Assembly: GCF_018350175.1 (NCBI RefSeq)
Contig: NC_058368.1
Coordinates: forward strand, 97,156,001 to 97,220,000
DNA from: Felis catus
Taxonomy: Eukaryota
DNA length: 64,000 nucleotides
Direction: 5' to 3'
In this document: positions 12,871 to 25,880 of the stretch, one piece after another
How positions within the stretch are numbered: the stretch's first letter is position 1
Layout: each line of letters begins with the position of its first letter
Notes under the pieces: generated by a model
Told to the model about the DNA's origin: nothing
Database searches by the model: none
Seen by the model: the letters and a program-made list of their open reading frames with translations, nothing else
Made by a program: the position numbers and the translations under genes

Positions 12871-12897
12871 TAGATAGATAGATAGATAGATAGATAG
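12871..12897. repeat. (TAGA)n tetranucleotide repeat
   Basis: Direct reading. Confidence 0.95.
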
Positions 12898-12904
12898 AAT
12901 GAGT

Positions 12905-13830
12905 GACTTGGGTTCCCACCTCACTCTATACACAAAAACAGTTCAAATTGATGTGATTGATAGATTAAAATGTTAAAATAAATAAAACAATTTTAAAAAT
13001 TAAAATTTTTAAACATCAAAATAAAACCTTAATAATGTTACCTAAAAATGCATGTAAGTACTTTCTAAATTCTCTAAATTTGACTCCAAAACTAGAAATC
13101 ATAAACAAAAATAATTAGTAATTTGATTACAGAAAACTTTTAGAAGGTCTATATAAACAAAATATAAACCATATAACAAGATTACAGGCAAACCATAGAC
13201 TAAAGAAAATACTTGCAATATGTACGGCAAAAAGTTAATCTCTGTAAGCTCTAAAAAATAACCACAATTTAAAAACTAAAAGACTAATGCTCCAACAGAT
13301 ACATGTATATGTGCTGCCAAAGTGAGCACATCTCCAAAAGACATAAGAACAGAGCATATGAATAGGAAATTGACCGAAGAGAAAATCCCAGGATACAGAG
13401 GAAAAAATTAATGCAAATTAAAGAAACCATGACATACCACTTTTCACCCATTAGACTGTTTTGTTTTGTTTTGTTTTGTTTTGTTTTCCCCCTAGGAGCT
13501 AAGAATATCCACATTTGGAGAGGGAGGAGAAAAAGGGACATGCTTAGATCTTTATAGAGGGCAATTTTACTCTGCATATCAAAAATTTTCACATGTATAT
13601 GCATTTTGATCCAGTAATTTTATTCCTAAAGATGAATTCTAAGCAAGTATTGTTTATAAATTTTTTTTTAATTGTACAATAGCCAAAAATCCATCAGAGA
13701 CTAGTTAAATAAACTATGGTCCTTATAATGGAATATAATGTATGCCGTAGGAAACATATATTGTAAAAGAACATCTACTGACCTAAAGGCTAGATGCTAT
13801 TACTTACTGGAAAAGTTATATTATACAAAT
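12905..13830 (+). mobile_element. Highly degraded L1M fragments (includes (GTTTT)n at 13458-13487)
   Basis: cccacctcactctatacacaaaa, aaagaaaatacttgcaa, ccatgacataccacttttcacccattag, ttttgatccagtaattttattcctaaa. Confidence 0.55.
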
Positions 13831-13877
13831 ACATGGAGAATACAATTCTTATAATCAGAGACCATTCATGATAATAG

Positions 13878-14121
13878 CAGTAATAACAGCTGACATCTAT
13901 AAATACTCATTACATGTTTAGCATTGTTTCAAATCCATTGCATATATTAATTACCTCATTTAATTTTCACAACAATGCTATGACGCAGATACTATTTCTG
14001 TCTGTATTTTATAATTGGGGAAAATGAGGCACAAAGAAAACAAGTAACTTGCCCAAGGTGAAATCAGCACTTGGACACAGGTGACCCAGACTCCATCTCT
14101 AACACTCTTAACCACAATGCT
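13878..14121 (-). mobile_element. MIR SINE
   Basis: ctcatttaattttcacaacaa...ggaaaatgaggcacaaag...aagtaacttgcccaaggt...ctcttaaccac. Confidence 0.85.
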
Positions 14122-17034
14122 AATTGTTAAGTTATACAATTATTAGACTAGAGGAGTAGAATAGATTAACTGTCAGTTTTTAGTATGAAATTCCTCCCAA
14201 ATAACGTTTACTACGTTAATAAAATTTACTTCTGAGGAATATGATTATGGGTGATATTTATTTTCTTATGGTTATTACCTTTATTTTCTAAATTTTCAAC
14301 AAGAAATGTAAACTTTCATTAAGAGGAAGGAGATATATGTTCTTATAACACATTCTTTCCATTCACCTCCTATCAATAGGTAAGAAGATAATTGTTCTAA
14401 AAACCACCCCTATTTCCACCAAAAAAGAGACCATTCAAAGAAAGCCAAGGTATTATTTTAAGTATTTGCTACCTAATCTTCAAAGCAAGGAAGTTCGCCC
14501 TTCTGGATTTCAGTGTTCTCTTTCACATAAAGAAGTAAAGGGGAACACAGTGCCAAGGGAACTGGAGAAGTGAGTCAGGGACACGGTTTTAATCTGTCAT
14601 GAGCTAGCAAAAAACTCTGGCTCCTACAGAAGTTGTTTTATTTATTCATTCATTCTAAAACTTAAATTTAGAAGTTTAGAAATTCTATTAAATTCAAAAT
14701 GGATCAAAGGGCCAGATGTTGCAGCCAGGATGACTAATCAAACAGAGCCTGGGTAATGTGCACTCCACGCCTTGCTCGATGGGAAGTAATTACTCTAACA
14801 TTAGCTTTACAGTGTTTAAACAACCATTTCATTATATTTTTTTCTACACTGATTAAATTTTCTCGGCATTTCTAATGCATCATTACATCTGCATTGCATT
14901 TAGATAATGTACAGCATTGCTACCCATTAAAAAGTCCCTATTTTCTTTCATCACCTTAATAAATCCAATTTGGCTTTATTTGCATAAAGTTTGATAAGGA
15001 GTGATTAGTCCTCTTATGAATAGCATAACTTGGATGGAAACATCCCATCTATCACTTGGCCAAAACCGTTGTTCACAAAGTTTTAAGTGGACTCCCAAGC
15101 ATAGCCACCTAAAAGCCATGCGGGGTAAAAGAAAACTTGTAGCACAAATGCCATTGGAGAATTACTGTCCATGCTTTCTATGACTGCTGAGGGGTGGATA
15201 TGATAATCGTGGGACCATCTAAGGCACTCTGCCTCTTGTTCCTAAATATATAGCCCAAGGAATTACATTAGAGAACAACAACATCAAGAATAACCAACTC
15301 ACATTTCTAGCCTTCTACTTCAATATTCACATTCACCCTTAACACATGGTTAGAAACTCAGGACATTTTAGCCCTTGCCCAAGTAAATGGACTGGAAAGT
15401 AATCTCAGGAAGATATTAGCCAAGATGAAAACCTCAGCTAGGGTATCAGATATGCCAGGCAATCACTTATCGAAACTCAAACCGTGCTAAGTTGTCAGAA
15501 CTTTTTTAAGCACTGCAAATAAATGGATCTTGTTGGTGAACTATTATGCGGTGACATTGATTCTACCTTTTGAACTTAGAGTTTTGATAACAGAAACTCA
15601 AAACCACTAAACAAATGCCTTTGGAAATGAGAATTGGAAAGTAGGAGGTCCTAAAGAAAAAGAGAAAAGCAACTGAAGTCAATTCCCATATTCCACATGT
15701 GCACTAGAGATACTGATACTGGGAATGAAGTGGAGAGAGTAACCCCCCAGCTAATTCTTGTGACAGAATGAAGCATCACAAAAACAAATCCCACCAAGTG
15801 TTTGGATTCTCCCTCACAAGTTAATGACTCACTGTTCAATTCTATGTTGCTATTCATTTGCCAAAACATAAACCACCGGCTTGTACTTCCATGGTGGGGA
15901 AACACTGTATTACAGAATTTACTAAAACCAAGTTCAAACACATGCATTCAGAGCCCTGAACCTTCCCCTCCCACACATCTCTCTCTTCTGTTCTCCCTTC
16001 TCTACTACTGCCCCAGTTCTTAAGGACCCCCTTGGGGCCTCTGTCTACAACTCACTTCAGTGTCCTGCTCTTTCTACTCCCCTTCATCCCATCCGTGCTG
16101 AACCAGGTATGAATCTTAACGTAGTGAGAATAATTACAAAGTTTTCTATTCCGTTTTGTGGAATTTAGTGTCTACTAGGCTGATGACCAGTGATGGGCAA
16201 GGGAATCAAAGACAGGTTGCATATTCTTAAATGATAAAAACCGTTACATTGAGAACTTGGCTCTAAATCTAGCCAACTAAGGAAATAATAGGGGAATCTT
16301 TAAGATATGAGAAGTCTAAAAATTACAAGAGTGGTATGATTATTTTTGTTCTCCTCCAGGACAGAAAAGCTACGAATGCTACCTACTCACTGTGACCAGT
16401 GACCTCTCCAGCCCCAACACTCCTGTTTCTCTGGGATGTGTGATGATGGGCTCTGATTACAGGTGTATTATTTCCTTAGCCCTCTTGTCCCTTCTCGAAT
16501 TGTCATCTTTTGTTAAAACAAAAACTTTTTTTTCTGTTACAATCGGCTAGAATAGCAAGTGCTTTTATTTGTTCTCACTCAAATTATCCAGTGGGCAAAA
16601 CCCTCATTTCAACAAAATTGACCTCATCTGTCTGTGAAGAGGAAAGGAGTAGGACTGATCAATCCATCCAGAGATGAGATTGACTGATGGCTAGATGAAT
16701 GTTAACTCCCTGTGAGAAAGGCTGACCCTCCCACAAGTCTTAGGCTCCGAAATCATTCACTATTTCCCTGGATGTATCCATATTTCACATATGCAAGGAC
16801 ATCAACCATATCCCTTCAACTTGGATTTTACCTTGCTCTTTTGATTCTGAAGGCTACTATAGAGGATACACAGATAAAAGAAAGGGTAACTATTCTTAAG
16901 ATTACAATTGAGAATATAGATTCCATTTTTATTTAACTTTTATAATATATGAACATTTTGACCGAGCCATAGTTGAAACTTTGCACTGAAATTAGGCAAT
17001 ATAATTTCAAAGATGCCTTCAGTATGTTCCAGTC

Positions 17035-17211
17035 CAGTGGTTCTCAAACTGTGACTCAATGACCAGCAGCATTATATCACTTGAGAATTTATCGATTCTC
17101 TGGCTCCATCTCAGGTCTACAGAATTGAAAACCTTGGGGGTGGGTCCAATAATCTGTGATTTAAACAGCTCTCCAGATAATTCAGAACAGGTCAAAATCT
17201 GAGAACCGCTA
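17035..17211. mobile_element. MER5A hAT-Charlie MITE
   Basis: TIRs cagtggttctca / tgagaaccgcta; internal ggggtgggtccaataatctgtgatttaaacagctctccag. Confidence 0.85.
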
Positions 17212-18199
17212 TTTGAGGCTAACAAATCTCCCAGCTGTCATTGACTACTCAGGAGTTTCTTAACAGATTATTGATTATTGGCAGACACTAAAACAGATAC
17301 CTAGCCAGACACATTGATTAGCCCAGGGTTTTTGAGTTCATGGAAAAGAGTGAGAATACAGATCCCAATTGGATTTCAAGCCAGATAAAGAGTGTGATAA
17401 TGGGATCGTTAAAGAATATTCCCAGAAAGAAGGCCAGCAGCATGGGTCAAGACTGAACAGTAAGCCTGAATATTAGGGGAATCCGTGGCTCCCACTACAG
17501 TCTATAAATCTATAAGGTCACTTAGGATGGATCTATGTGGACAGGAACAGAAAAGGCTGGTTGGTTGGTCAAAGAAAAAGCCAACAGTCAATGGACCTGG
17601 AGGAGGTTGGCTCTGGTACAGGTAGCATTTAGGTTAGCCACCATGAGCTACAGAGTGACTGACAGCAGATCACTGAGCAGACTCTCTCATGCAAGAAGCT
17701 CTATTTCCCAAGGACCTTTAAAAGGAGAAGCAGGAGGCATGAAAAGTCAGAACTCCTTGCTAGTCAAGTCTCTAGGAGCTGAGCACATTGATTTCTACAG
17801 TTTTGCTGGCACATCAGGTGCCATTTTTATGACTGACAGAAGGCAAGGAACATAACAGGTATATTTTAGTGTACATATATCTAGTATACATAGGAGCAAA
17901 AAAATGCAGTATTTCCTATCTCCCATTCATTGTCAAAGACCTATCTCTTCTAGGCAGAATGGTTTTAAAAGGCATAAAACACAGATGTCCTCACCTTGCT
18001 TATGATAGCCTCCTCCAGGCCACCATGGCCATAGGAGCTATCCAGAAAACTTTCCTACAGAGGAGGACCTCACCTTCTCCCAAGCCACCATACCCCCTGA
18101 CCTACTGGATGATCAGTGTCCAGTGTCCCAATATTTCCAACTTAAATCAACCTCTACATATTCACCCTCCCTCTGCTTTTTACTCCTACGCTGTATGTG

Positions 18200-19830
18200 C
18201 ATATGCTCTAATATGTCCTCAATGTCTCTTTCCCCAAACACCTACAGCCTCAACTGTACCCTATGAAATTCATAGCCACTTATCCACAGACTCCCTTTAT
18301 CCTTAACATCTTCTTTCTCTGACAACAGCTTGACTAAGCCTCAAAAAAGATTGCTTCTCCTGAGGCCTTCTCAAGTGGTGGCTGTTTTTTCTGCCACAGC
18401 CCATGAACCCCTGAGTTGAAAATGTTTTGTCCTTACCTACCTACCACGCCAAGATACGGCCTGTCTCCCCCCTCTCCTTGCTTCTCTGAAGCTCAAGACA
18501 TACAGCCGTATCACCAGCTACTTGCTGATGTCATCTGCTGAACTTGCAGTCACTTTCCTTCATTCAGGAAAGACCACATCTGGATCAATGTGTTTTTCCC
18601 TAACATACTGTTTTTACATTCTTGGCAATCTCATTATCCATGTGTGCCAAGTTTCCTATACCCTGGACCATCAGTTCCTGAACTTCCTTCCCTCCAAAAA
18701 TCTCTTCCATATCTTATCCACTTGCTCCAGACGTTGCCATCACACCACCTCCAAAATTGTGATTTAAAGTACCCACTCTCTCTGACTGTTACCTCCAGCA
18801 CTCCACAGGACTTTTTAATGTGCCTGATTTCAATCACTTCTCCTCCCTACAGGGACTTCCAATCCACTGATGGTGTTCACCCTCCCTCCATATTCTCCCA
18901 TCCTCCCTAACCAGCTTAGATTCCACAGTGTAAAACTTTTATAACTTCCTTGAAAAGGCTACACCTCCTTTGCCCCCTCCCCTGGCATTGTATGTATCTG
19001 GCAAAATCTTGGAAAATCCCAACTCTCTAGATACCATGTGACTATTTCAACATAACTAAATATTTCAGGAGAAGATCACCTAAAACAAGTCATCCTTTAA
19101 ATGTATGTCCACAATTCTTGAAAGGGTTCTCATTATTAACCAGCATCCTGCCACACCTACCAAGAAAATCTGCCTTCCTACTATTTGAGTTAACGACTTC
19201 ATACCTTCTCCTCTCTTCTTATTTTTCAGAGAGACAAAAAAATGAATGCAATCAGGTAAGAATGATCTATCTTCTCCTACCAAATCCATTTAAAAGTTTG
19301 TGCCTATACCTCCCTGATTTTCCTAATGTAAAGAAAATGGTAGCCTTGACCCCGTCTGAGATGCCCTGACCCCATCTAGGGTCAACCCCTCCATGTGTAT
19401 GGATTCCATCCCCCCTACCCAACCCTACACAAGGATTTTAATCCCCCATGTTGCTTTAAAAAAAATGGGGGGGAGGGAGTTATCACTCTCCCCTGTATCA
19501 TTTCCATCATAATTCTGTTGTATTATTTCCCATGTCAACAAATAATCCTTTGATCCATATCTCTCTGCAGCTTTGGCCTATTTCTCTCCTCCCTTCATCG
19601 AAAAGCTTTCTACAGCTATTATCTATATATTCTGATCAAGTTACTGTCCTCCATTTCATTAGAAGGGCTTCTATCAAGGCAACCATGAATCTCTATCCTA
19701 ACAAACTCCTTTTTCTGCCCTCATTTTAGTCAATCTCGCCTACAAGTGAATGCCCCCTAGATGTGAGGACATTGCAGTATGTAGCTGTGGGCCCCCTCTT
19801 CTCTGTCCACTCTCTCCATGGGTGATCCTA
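18200..19830 (+). mobile_element. L2 LINE internal relic
   Basis: Pyrimidine-rich tract with L2-like phrases (cttctctgaagctca, cattcttggcaatctcattatccatgtg, tctatcaaggcaaccatga); boundaries approximate. Confidence 0.55.
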
Positions 19831-20220
19831 TCTCAGAATGTCTGCTGCTACACCATTTGGTTGTATGTGCAGATGCAATGAGTCAGTCCTGGGAGGATAC
19901 CAGGGAAAGACTGTAAGGTATTAACTTATAAACTTATTACAAATATTTTCTTCTCTTCAGTCAAGTTATACCAGGATATTATCTGAGTCCCATAATAGGC
20001 TGAACATCATGTGGCCCACAAAATCTCCTAGGAGATGCAGCCAAGACTTCCTCATGTTTTTTCAGAATCCTAATGGATGCATCATTACAACTCAAAAAGG
20101 CAGAAAGTATTATCAGTCTCTAGATTTAGTCCTCACATCTTTCAATCAGAGATACCCTTTATATAAGGTTTTAATAAGGATTAGACAAAGAAAGCTCAAA
20201 TCAAAAATTTTGCACATTTT

Positions 20221-20440
20221 GGGGCGCCTGGTGGCTCAGTCAGTTAAGCGACCAACTTCAGCTCAGGTCATGATCTCACTGTTGATGAGTTTGAGCCCCA
20301 TGTCTGACTCCATGCTGAAAGCTCAAAGCCTGGAGCCTACTTCAGATTCTGTGTCCCCTTCTCTCTCTGCCCCTCCCCTGCTCACATTCTGTCTGTCTGT
20401 CTCTCTCTCTATCAAAAAATAAACATTAAAAAAAATGTTT
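20221..20440 (+). mobile_element. Can-SINE
   Basis: ggggcgcctggtggctcagtcag head; flanking aattttgcac at 20206-20215 and 20441-20450. Confidence 0.94.
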
Positions 20441-21846
20441 AATTTTGCACTTATAGACACTCAAATAAATGCTCATTCCTTTGACTCTTGAAAAAGTGAA
20501 TTTCAAAGAGAAAAATACCTGTGGTCAATGTGATCAGGAAAAGCTTAAAGAAACAGCTAGAATTAAGATGGGTTTTGAAAACTGGATAGAATTTCAAAAG
20601 GAAGTAATAAATACATGAAAGAGAAGAACAAAATAAACATGGAGACAGATAAGTGTATGAGCTTGGCTGGGACACAGAGTTGGAGATCAGTCTAATTTGG
20701 GAAGGATATATAAAGTGCCAGAGTTTGCTCTCATCCATCCTCATACAATCTAGAGTCCTAACGCTGCACTCGAGACTTACAGTATCTGCTGACAGGACCT
20801 CATGACACCAACTTGCCTCTCTGATCTTAGCCTGTTGCCTGTGACCATGATTCCTCCCAGCTCTTCAGCTTATCCATCCTGATTTCCTCTTCTTGCCTTC
20901 TTCTGTAGTCTTTCCAGATCACTTGTCCTGTTTAGTATTCTACCATACTCTAATCACAGCCCTCACTGGGGTCTGCTCTGACCTAGCAACAGCCAAGCCA
21001 TTCCTTTGCCTCTTCAGAAAGTGAATCCCAAAGACAAAAATATGTTTGGTCCAACAGCACAGAGACCAGTAGGGAGCAAGGGCAATGGCCCATGTTTGAG
21101 GGAAAAACTGTCTGATTTAGAATGAAAGGACAGGGATAATGGCATGCATGTGTGTAGAAAAAGACTAAGATTTTACAATTATTCTAGCAGATTAGATATA
21201 GCTCTAAAAATGAGAGTGGGCCCCTAGGAGTAGAAAAAGGGCAACAAAAATAGGGAAATAAAGAGAAGAAAGCAGGGAATGAAAATGAACTTAGCTCTGT
21301 GACACTTTGCTCGTTTTCCAATATCCAACAAATATGCAATAAATATTTGTTGACTGATTAAATAAAACAGGTTTGAGCTATGACTAGATGAAATTTTGGT
21401 TATTTGCATTACAATATATCATAATCTCCAGGCCTAACTTTTTACATTTTTAATTTGAGCTCTAAAAATGCAGCTGTCATTTTTGTAGATCAAATCAGAC
21501 TAACAACAATCATTTGCTACCTGGCTTTGCTCTGACTTCAACTCTTTTGGAAATGTACAAGAATATCCCATTCACTGTAGTGGGAATGTCAATGAATGTA
21601 ATTGATTTCACCTGGAATACAGAGACACTCCTGCAAAGTCAGAAATCTAAAACCACTAAGCCTAGAAAAACATCTATTTTTCAGTATTGAAGGAAAGGAT
21701 TTCTAAATGGCAGGACTTCACATCTCAAAATAAAAGCATCTTTTCTTTCTAGGCTCAATAGCTAAACTTAAGCTGGAATCCAGAAACATTTACCAACAAG
21801 GAATCCTTAGGTTTCACCAACTTTCACCTTAGGTTAAAGTTCTATG

Positions 21847-22060
21847 GGGGCACCTGGGTGGCTCAGTCAGTTAAGCGTCCAACTTTGGCTCAGCTCATGA
21901 TTTCACGGTGAATTCAAGCCCCATGTTGGGCTCTATGCAGACAGCTCAGAGCCTGGAGCCAGCTTCGGATTCTGTGTCTCCCTCTCTCTCTGGCCCTCCT
22001 CCACTCATTCTCTCTCTCACTCTCTCTCTCAAAAATAAATAAAACTTTTTTTAAAAAATC
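21847..22060 (+). mobile_element. Can-SINE
   Basis: ggggcacctgggtggctcagtcag head, (CT)n region, A-tail. Confidence 0.94.
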
Positions 22061-22279
22061 TAAATTTTATGGTTATCGTAGATTTTTGTTTGTATAGCTT
22101 TTTAAACGTAGCTCAAGTACTGGGCTTCATTTGAAGTGATGAGAAACTCAAAATAATCTTATTAAGGATTAAATTTTTAAAAGCCACATGGATCCTACTG
22201 AAAAGAAAGAAAGGAGTGAGAGAAAGGAAGGAAGGAAGAGAAGAAAGGTCTAATTAAACAAGGAAGCCATTAGACTGAT

Positions 22280-22552
22280 GTGGCTCTAATGCTGGGGTAG
22301 CCTACTTAAGCAACCAAAATCTAAGCCTGTAAATAAATGGCTCAAGGTTAGGAAATCAAAATGCTAAGGACGACCAATTACAAACAGCCAACTAGGCTCT
22401 AAGCTATAGCCAGTCAATGTCCCTTCTTTCTTTCACACTTTCTCTACATAAATATTTCCTCCTCACCACTTGTGGTTGGGTGCTGCCCAATTCCAATCGA
22501 TTTTTGTTCAAATAAACTCAACATTTTTAATATGCCCCAGTTTATCTTTTGA
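22280..22552 (+). mobile_element. ERV1-type solo LTR fragment (family not assigned)
   Basis: ccaattacaaacagccaactag...ctgcccaattccaatcgatttttgttcaaataaactc...tttatcttttgaa resembles an ERV1 LTR R/U5 end. Confidence 0.45.
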
Positions 22553-23527
22553 AGGACGGAAAAAACGAAGGGAAACAGAGAAGGGGAAGGGGGAGTGGGG
22601 AGAAAGGAAGGAACTTGACAAAGCACTGCCTGCAGCTGGGAGATACTGCAGGTCTGATTACAAACCATGGCAATAAAGCAGATATTGCAATAAAGTGAGT
22701 CTAATGAATTTTCTTTTTGTTTTCCAGTTATGCTTACACTGCACTATAGACCTGTTACGTGTGCAGTAGCACTATGTCTAAAAGATAATATACATACCTT
22801 AATTTAAAAATACTTCATTGCTAAAAAATGCTAACCATCATATGAGCTTTCAGGGAGTTGTAATCTTTTGGCCAGTGGAGGGTCTTGCCTTGATGCTGAT
22901 GGCTGCTGACCCATCAGGATGGTGGTTGCTGAAGGCTGGATGGCTGTGGCAATTTCTTAAAATAAGACAAGAGTCAAGTTTGCTGCACTGAGTGACATTT
23001 GTTTCAGGAACAATTTCTAACAGCACATGATGCTATTTCATAGCATTTTATCCACACTAAAGCTTCCTTCAAAGTTGGAATCCGTCCTCTCAAACCCTGC
23101 TCCTGCTTTATCAACTAAGTGTATGTCATGTTCTAAATCCTGTGTTGTCATTTCAACAATCTCCATGGTGTCTTCACCAGGAGTCAATTCCATCTCAAGA
23201 AACTACTTTCTTTGATAGTCCATAAGAAGCAACTCCTTATCCATTAAGGTTTTATCCCAAGATTATAGCAATTCAGTCACATCTTCAGGCTCCACTTCTC
23301 ATTCTAGTTCTGCTATTTCTACCACATCGGCAGTGAGGTTTTGAACCCCTCATAGTCATCTTTGAGGGTTGAAATCAACTTCTTCCAAACTCCTGTGAAT
23401 TTTGATATTTTGACCACTTCTCATGAATCATGGATGTGCTTAATGGCATCTAGAATGTGGAATCATTTACAGAAGGTTTTCAATTTCCTTTGTCCAGATC
23501 CATCAAAGGAATCACTACTTATGGGAG

Positions 23528-23922
23528 CTATAGCCTTACAAAAGGTATTTCATTAAGACTTGAAAATCGAAATGATTCTGAACTGCAAAATGGATGATGT
23601 GTTAGCAGGCCTGAGAACAACATAAATCTCATTGTATATCTCCATTGGAGCTCTAGGTAACCAGGTGCATTATCAATGAGTGATAATATTTTGAGAGAAA
23701 TCTTTTTTTTTTTTTTTCTGAGCAATACGTCTCAACAGCGGGCTTAAAATATTCAGCAAACCTTGCAGTAAACAGATGTGCTGTCATAGAGGCTTTGTTG
23801 TTCCATTTATAGAGCACAGGCAGTGTAGATTTTGCATAATTCTTAAGGGCCCTAGGATTTTCAGAATGGTAAATGAGCAATGGCTTCAGCTTAAAGTCAC
23901 CAGCATCATTAGTCCCTAACAA
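23528..23922 (-). pseudogene. Tigger1 transposase remnant (DDE domain), frameshifted
   Basis: [38 protein letters not shown]...YFKP continues as [11 protein letters not shown] in another frame after an A-run. Confidence 0.88.
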
Positions 23923-24878
23923 GAGGGTGAGCCTGTGCTTTGGAGCTTTGGAGCTTTGGAGCTTCGAAGCCAGGCACTGACTTCTCCTCTTGAGCTATGA
24001 AAGTCATAGATGGCATCTTCTTCCAATAAAGGTAAGGTATTTTCTTCCAATAAAACTTCTCCATCAGCACTTGCTGCTCTACCTTCTACCTGTTAAGGAG
24101 GTGTCTTTCCTCAAACCCCGTGAGCCAACCTCTGCTACTTTCAAACTTTTCTTCTGCAGCTTCCTCACCTCTCAACCTTCATAGAATTAAAGAGAGGGCA
24201 CTGCTCTGTATTGGGCTTTGGCTTAAGGGAATATTGTGGCCAGTTTGATCTGTCCAGACCACTAAAACTTTCTTCGTATCAGTAATGAGGCTGTTTGAAC
24301 TTTCTTATCGCTCATGTGTTCACCAGAGCAGCACTTTTCATTTCCTTCAAGAGCTTTCCCTTTGCACTTACACCTTGGCTAACTGGTGCAGGAGGCCTCG
24401 CTTTCAGCCTCCCTCAGCTTTCAACATGTCTTCCTCACTAAGCTCAACCATTTACAGCTTTTGATTTAAAAGGGAGAGACGTGAGACTCTTCCTTTCACT
24501 TGAACACTTAGAGGCTATTGTAGGGTTGTTAATTAGCCTAATTTCAATACTGTTGTGTCACAGGGAATAGGGAAGCCCGAGGAGAGGGAAAGAGACAGGC
24601 GAGCATCTGGTCGGTGGGGCATTCAGAACACATACATTTTTATCAGGTAAGTTCACTATCTTATAAGGGTGAGGTTCGTGGTGCCCCCAAATAAATCCAC
24701 TAGTGACCTCCAAAATCACTGAGTACAGATCACCACAAGCAATCTAACAATAATGAGAAAGACTTAAATACTGCGAGAATGAGCAAAATGTGAAACGGAG
24801 ACATGAAATGAGCAAACACTGTTGGAAAAATGGCATCAAAGCCTTGTTTGACACAGTTGCCACAAACCTTCAATTTGT

Positions 24879-24992
24879 AAGAAAGAAGAAGAAAAAGAAG
24901 AAGAAGAAGAGAAGAAGAAGAAGAAGAAGAAGAAGAAGAAGAAGAAGAAGAAGAAGAGGAGGAAGAAGAAAGGGAAAAAAAGAAAAGAAAAA
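24879..24992. repeat. (GAA)n purine-rich expansion inside Tigger1
   Basis: Direct reading; source of the poly-K/R, poly-S, poly-F and poly-L ORFs. Confidence 0.95.
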
Positions 24993-25283
24993 CAATGCCT
25001 TTGAAGCACAATACAGCGAAGCAATATAAAACCAAGCATGCCTATACTTTAAAGTGTTTTCCATCTGTGTTTATTTCCCTGATAATTTTACTCTCTTTCC
25101 TATTAGTCACATATTTCTAAAAATTACAACCAATCTTCCCCAAAACAGGAGACCCTGCATCTCAGGATTTAGTCTGATGAAGGTACTTAGTCTGCCCTAC
25201 CATGTCCACTACACACTGAGCTCTAGAAAGGAAGTTAGCACATAGCCTGATGCATGGTAGGCAGTCAAGAAACTAAACAACTT

Positions 25284-25466
25284 GGGACACCTAGATGGCT
25301 CAGTCGGCAAAGCATCCAACTCTTGATCTCAGCTCAGGTCATGATCTCAAGGTATCTGCATCAGGCTCTGTGCTGACAGTGTAGAGCCTGCTTGGGGTTC
25401 TATCTCCCTCTCTCTCTGCCTCTCTCTCTCTCAAAATAAATAAATAAACTTTAAAAAAAAATTTTA
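25284..25466 (+). mobile_element. Can-SINE (internally deleted)
   Basis: Perfect TSD aagaaactaaacaact at 25267-25282 and 25467-25482. Confidence 0.93.
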
Positions 25467-25782
25467 AAGAAACTAAACAACTAAATGAAGGAATAAAGCA
25501 ATGAAAATGGTTGCATTCGGAAGCAAATGAACTCCAAACGATACATCATGTGTATTCTGGGTTTCCCAAACTTCAGTTATCTGCATTCTACCATAGTATT
25601 TTTCTTCATATTGCCCACTGGTTGTACTAAACAAGATTTCTTTGAAAAAAAGTTTCACATGACTACAGAAAATGGAAAACCAATATCAACTGATGTAAGG
25701 AGACAGCAACTATGAAAACAAATAAATAAATGTTAAATTTCTTTACTTGATAGATGTTTGCATGAGAATTGTCTTTGAAATT

Positions 25783-25880
25783 ATTTTTTAACAGTTTTAT
25801 TGAGATATAATTCACGTACCACACAATTCTCTCTTTTGAAATACACAAACCAATGGATTTGAGTATATTCAAACAGTTCT
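25783..25880 (-). mobile_element. L1M 3' terminal fragment
   Basis: tttttaacagttttattgagatataattcacgtaccacacaatt...tttgagtatattca. Confidence 0.7.

Larger units (their letters stand above)
22628..25044 (-). mobile_element. Tigger1 DNA transposon, near full length, transposase decayed
   Basis: Both termini recognisable (ggagatactgcagg...caataaagc; gcgaagcaatataaaaccaagcatgccta+TA); pogo-type transposase peptide in ORF 23653-23922. Confidence 0.93.

Noticed and set aside
16360..16462. Plus-strand acceptor with one open frame (QKSYECYLLTVTSD...)
   Set aside because: Weak donor (gtgtat) and unrecognised peptide
17869..18306. 145-aa ORF
   Set aside because: No recognisable domain, non-ATG start, runs into an L2-like relic; expected by chance
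24730..25064. ORFs with poly-S, poly-K/R, poly-F and poly-L tracts
   Set aside because: Translations of the (GAA)n/(TTC)n repeat within Tigger1
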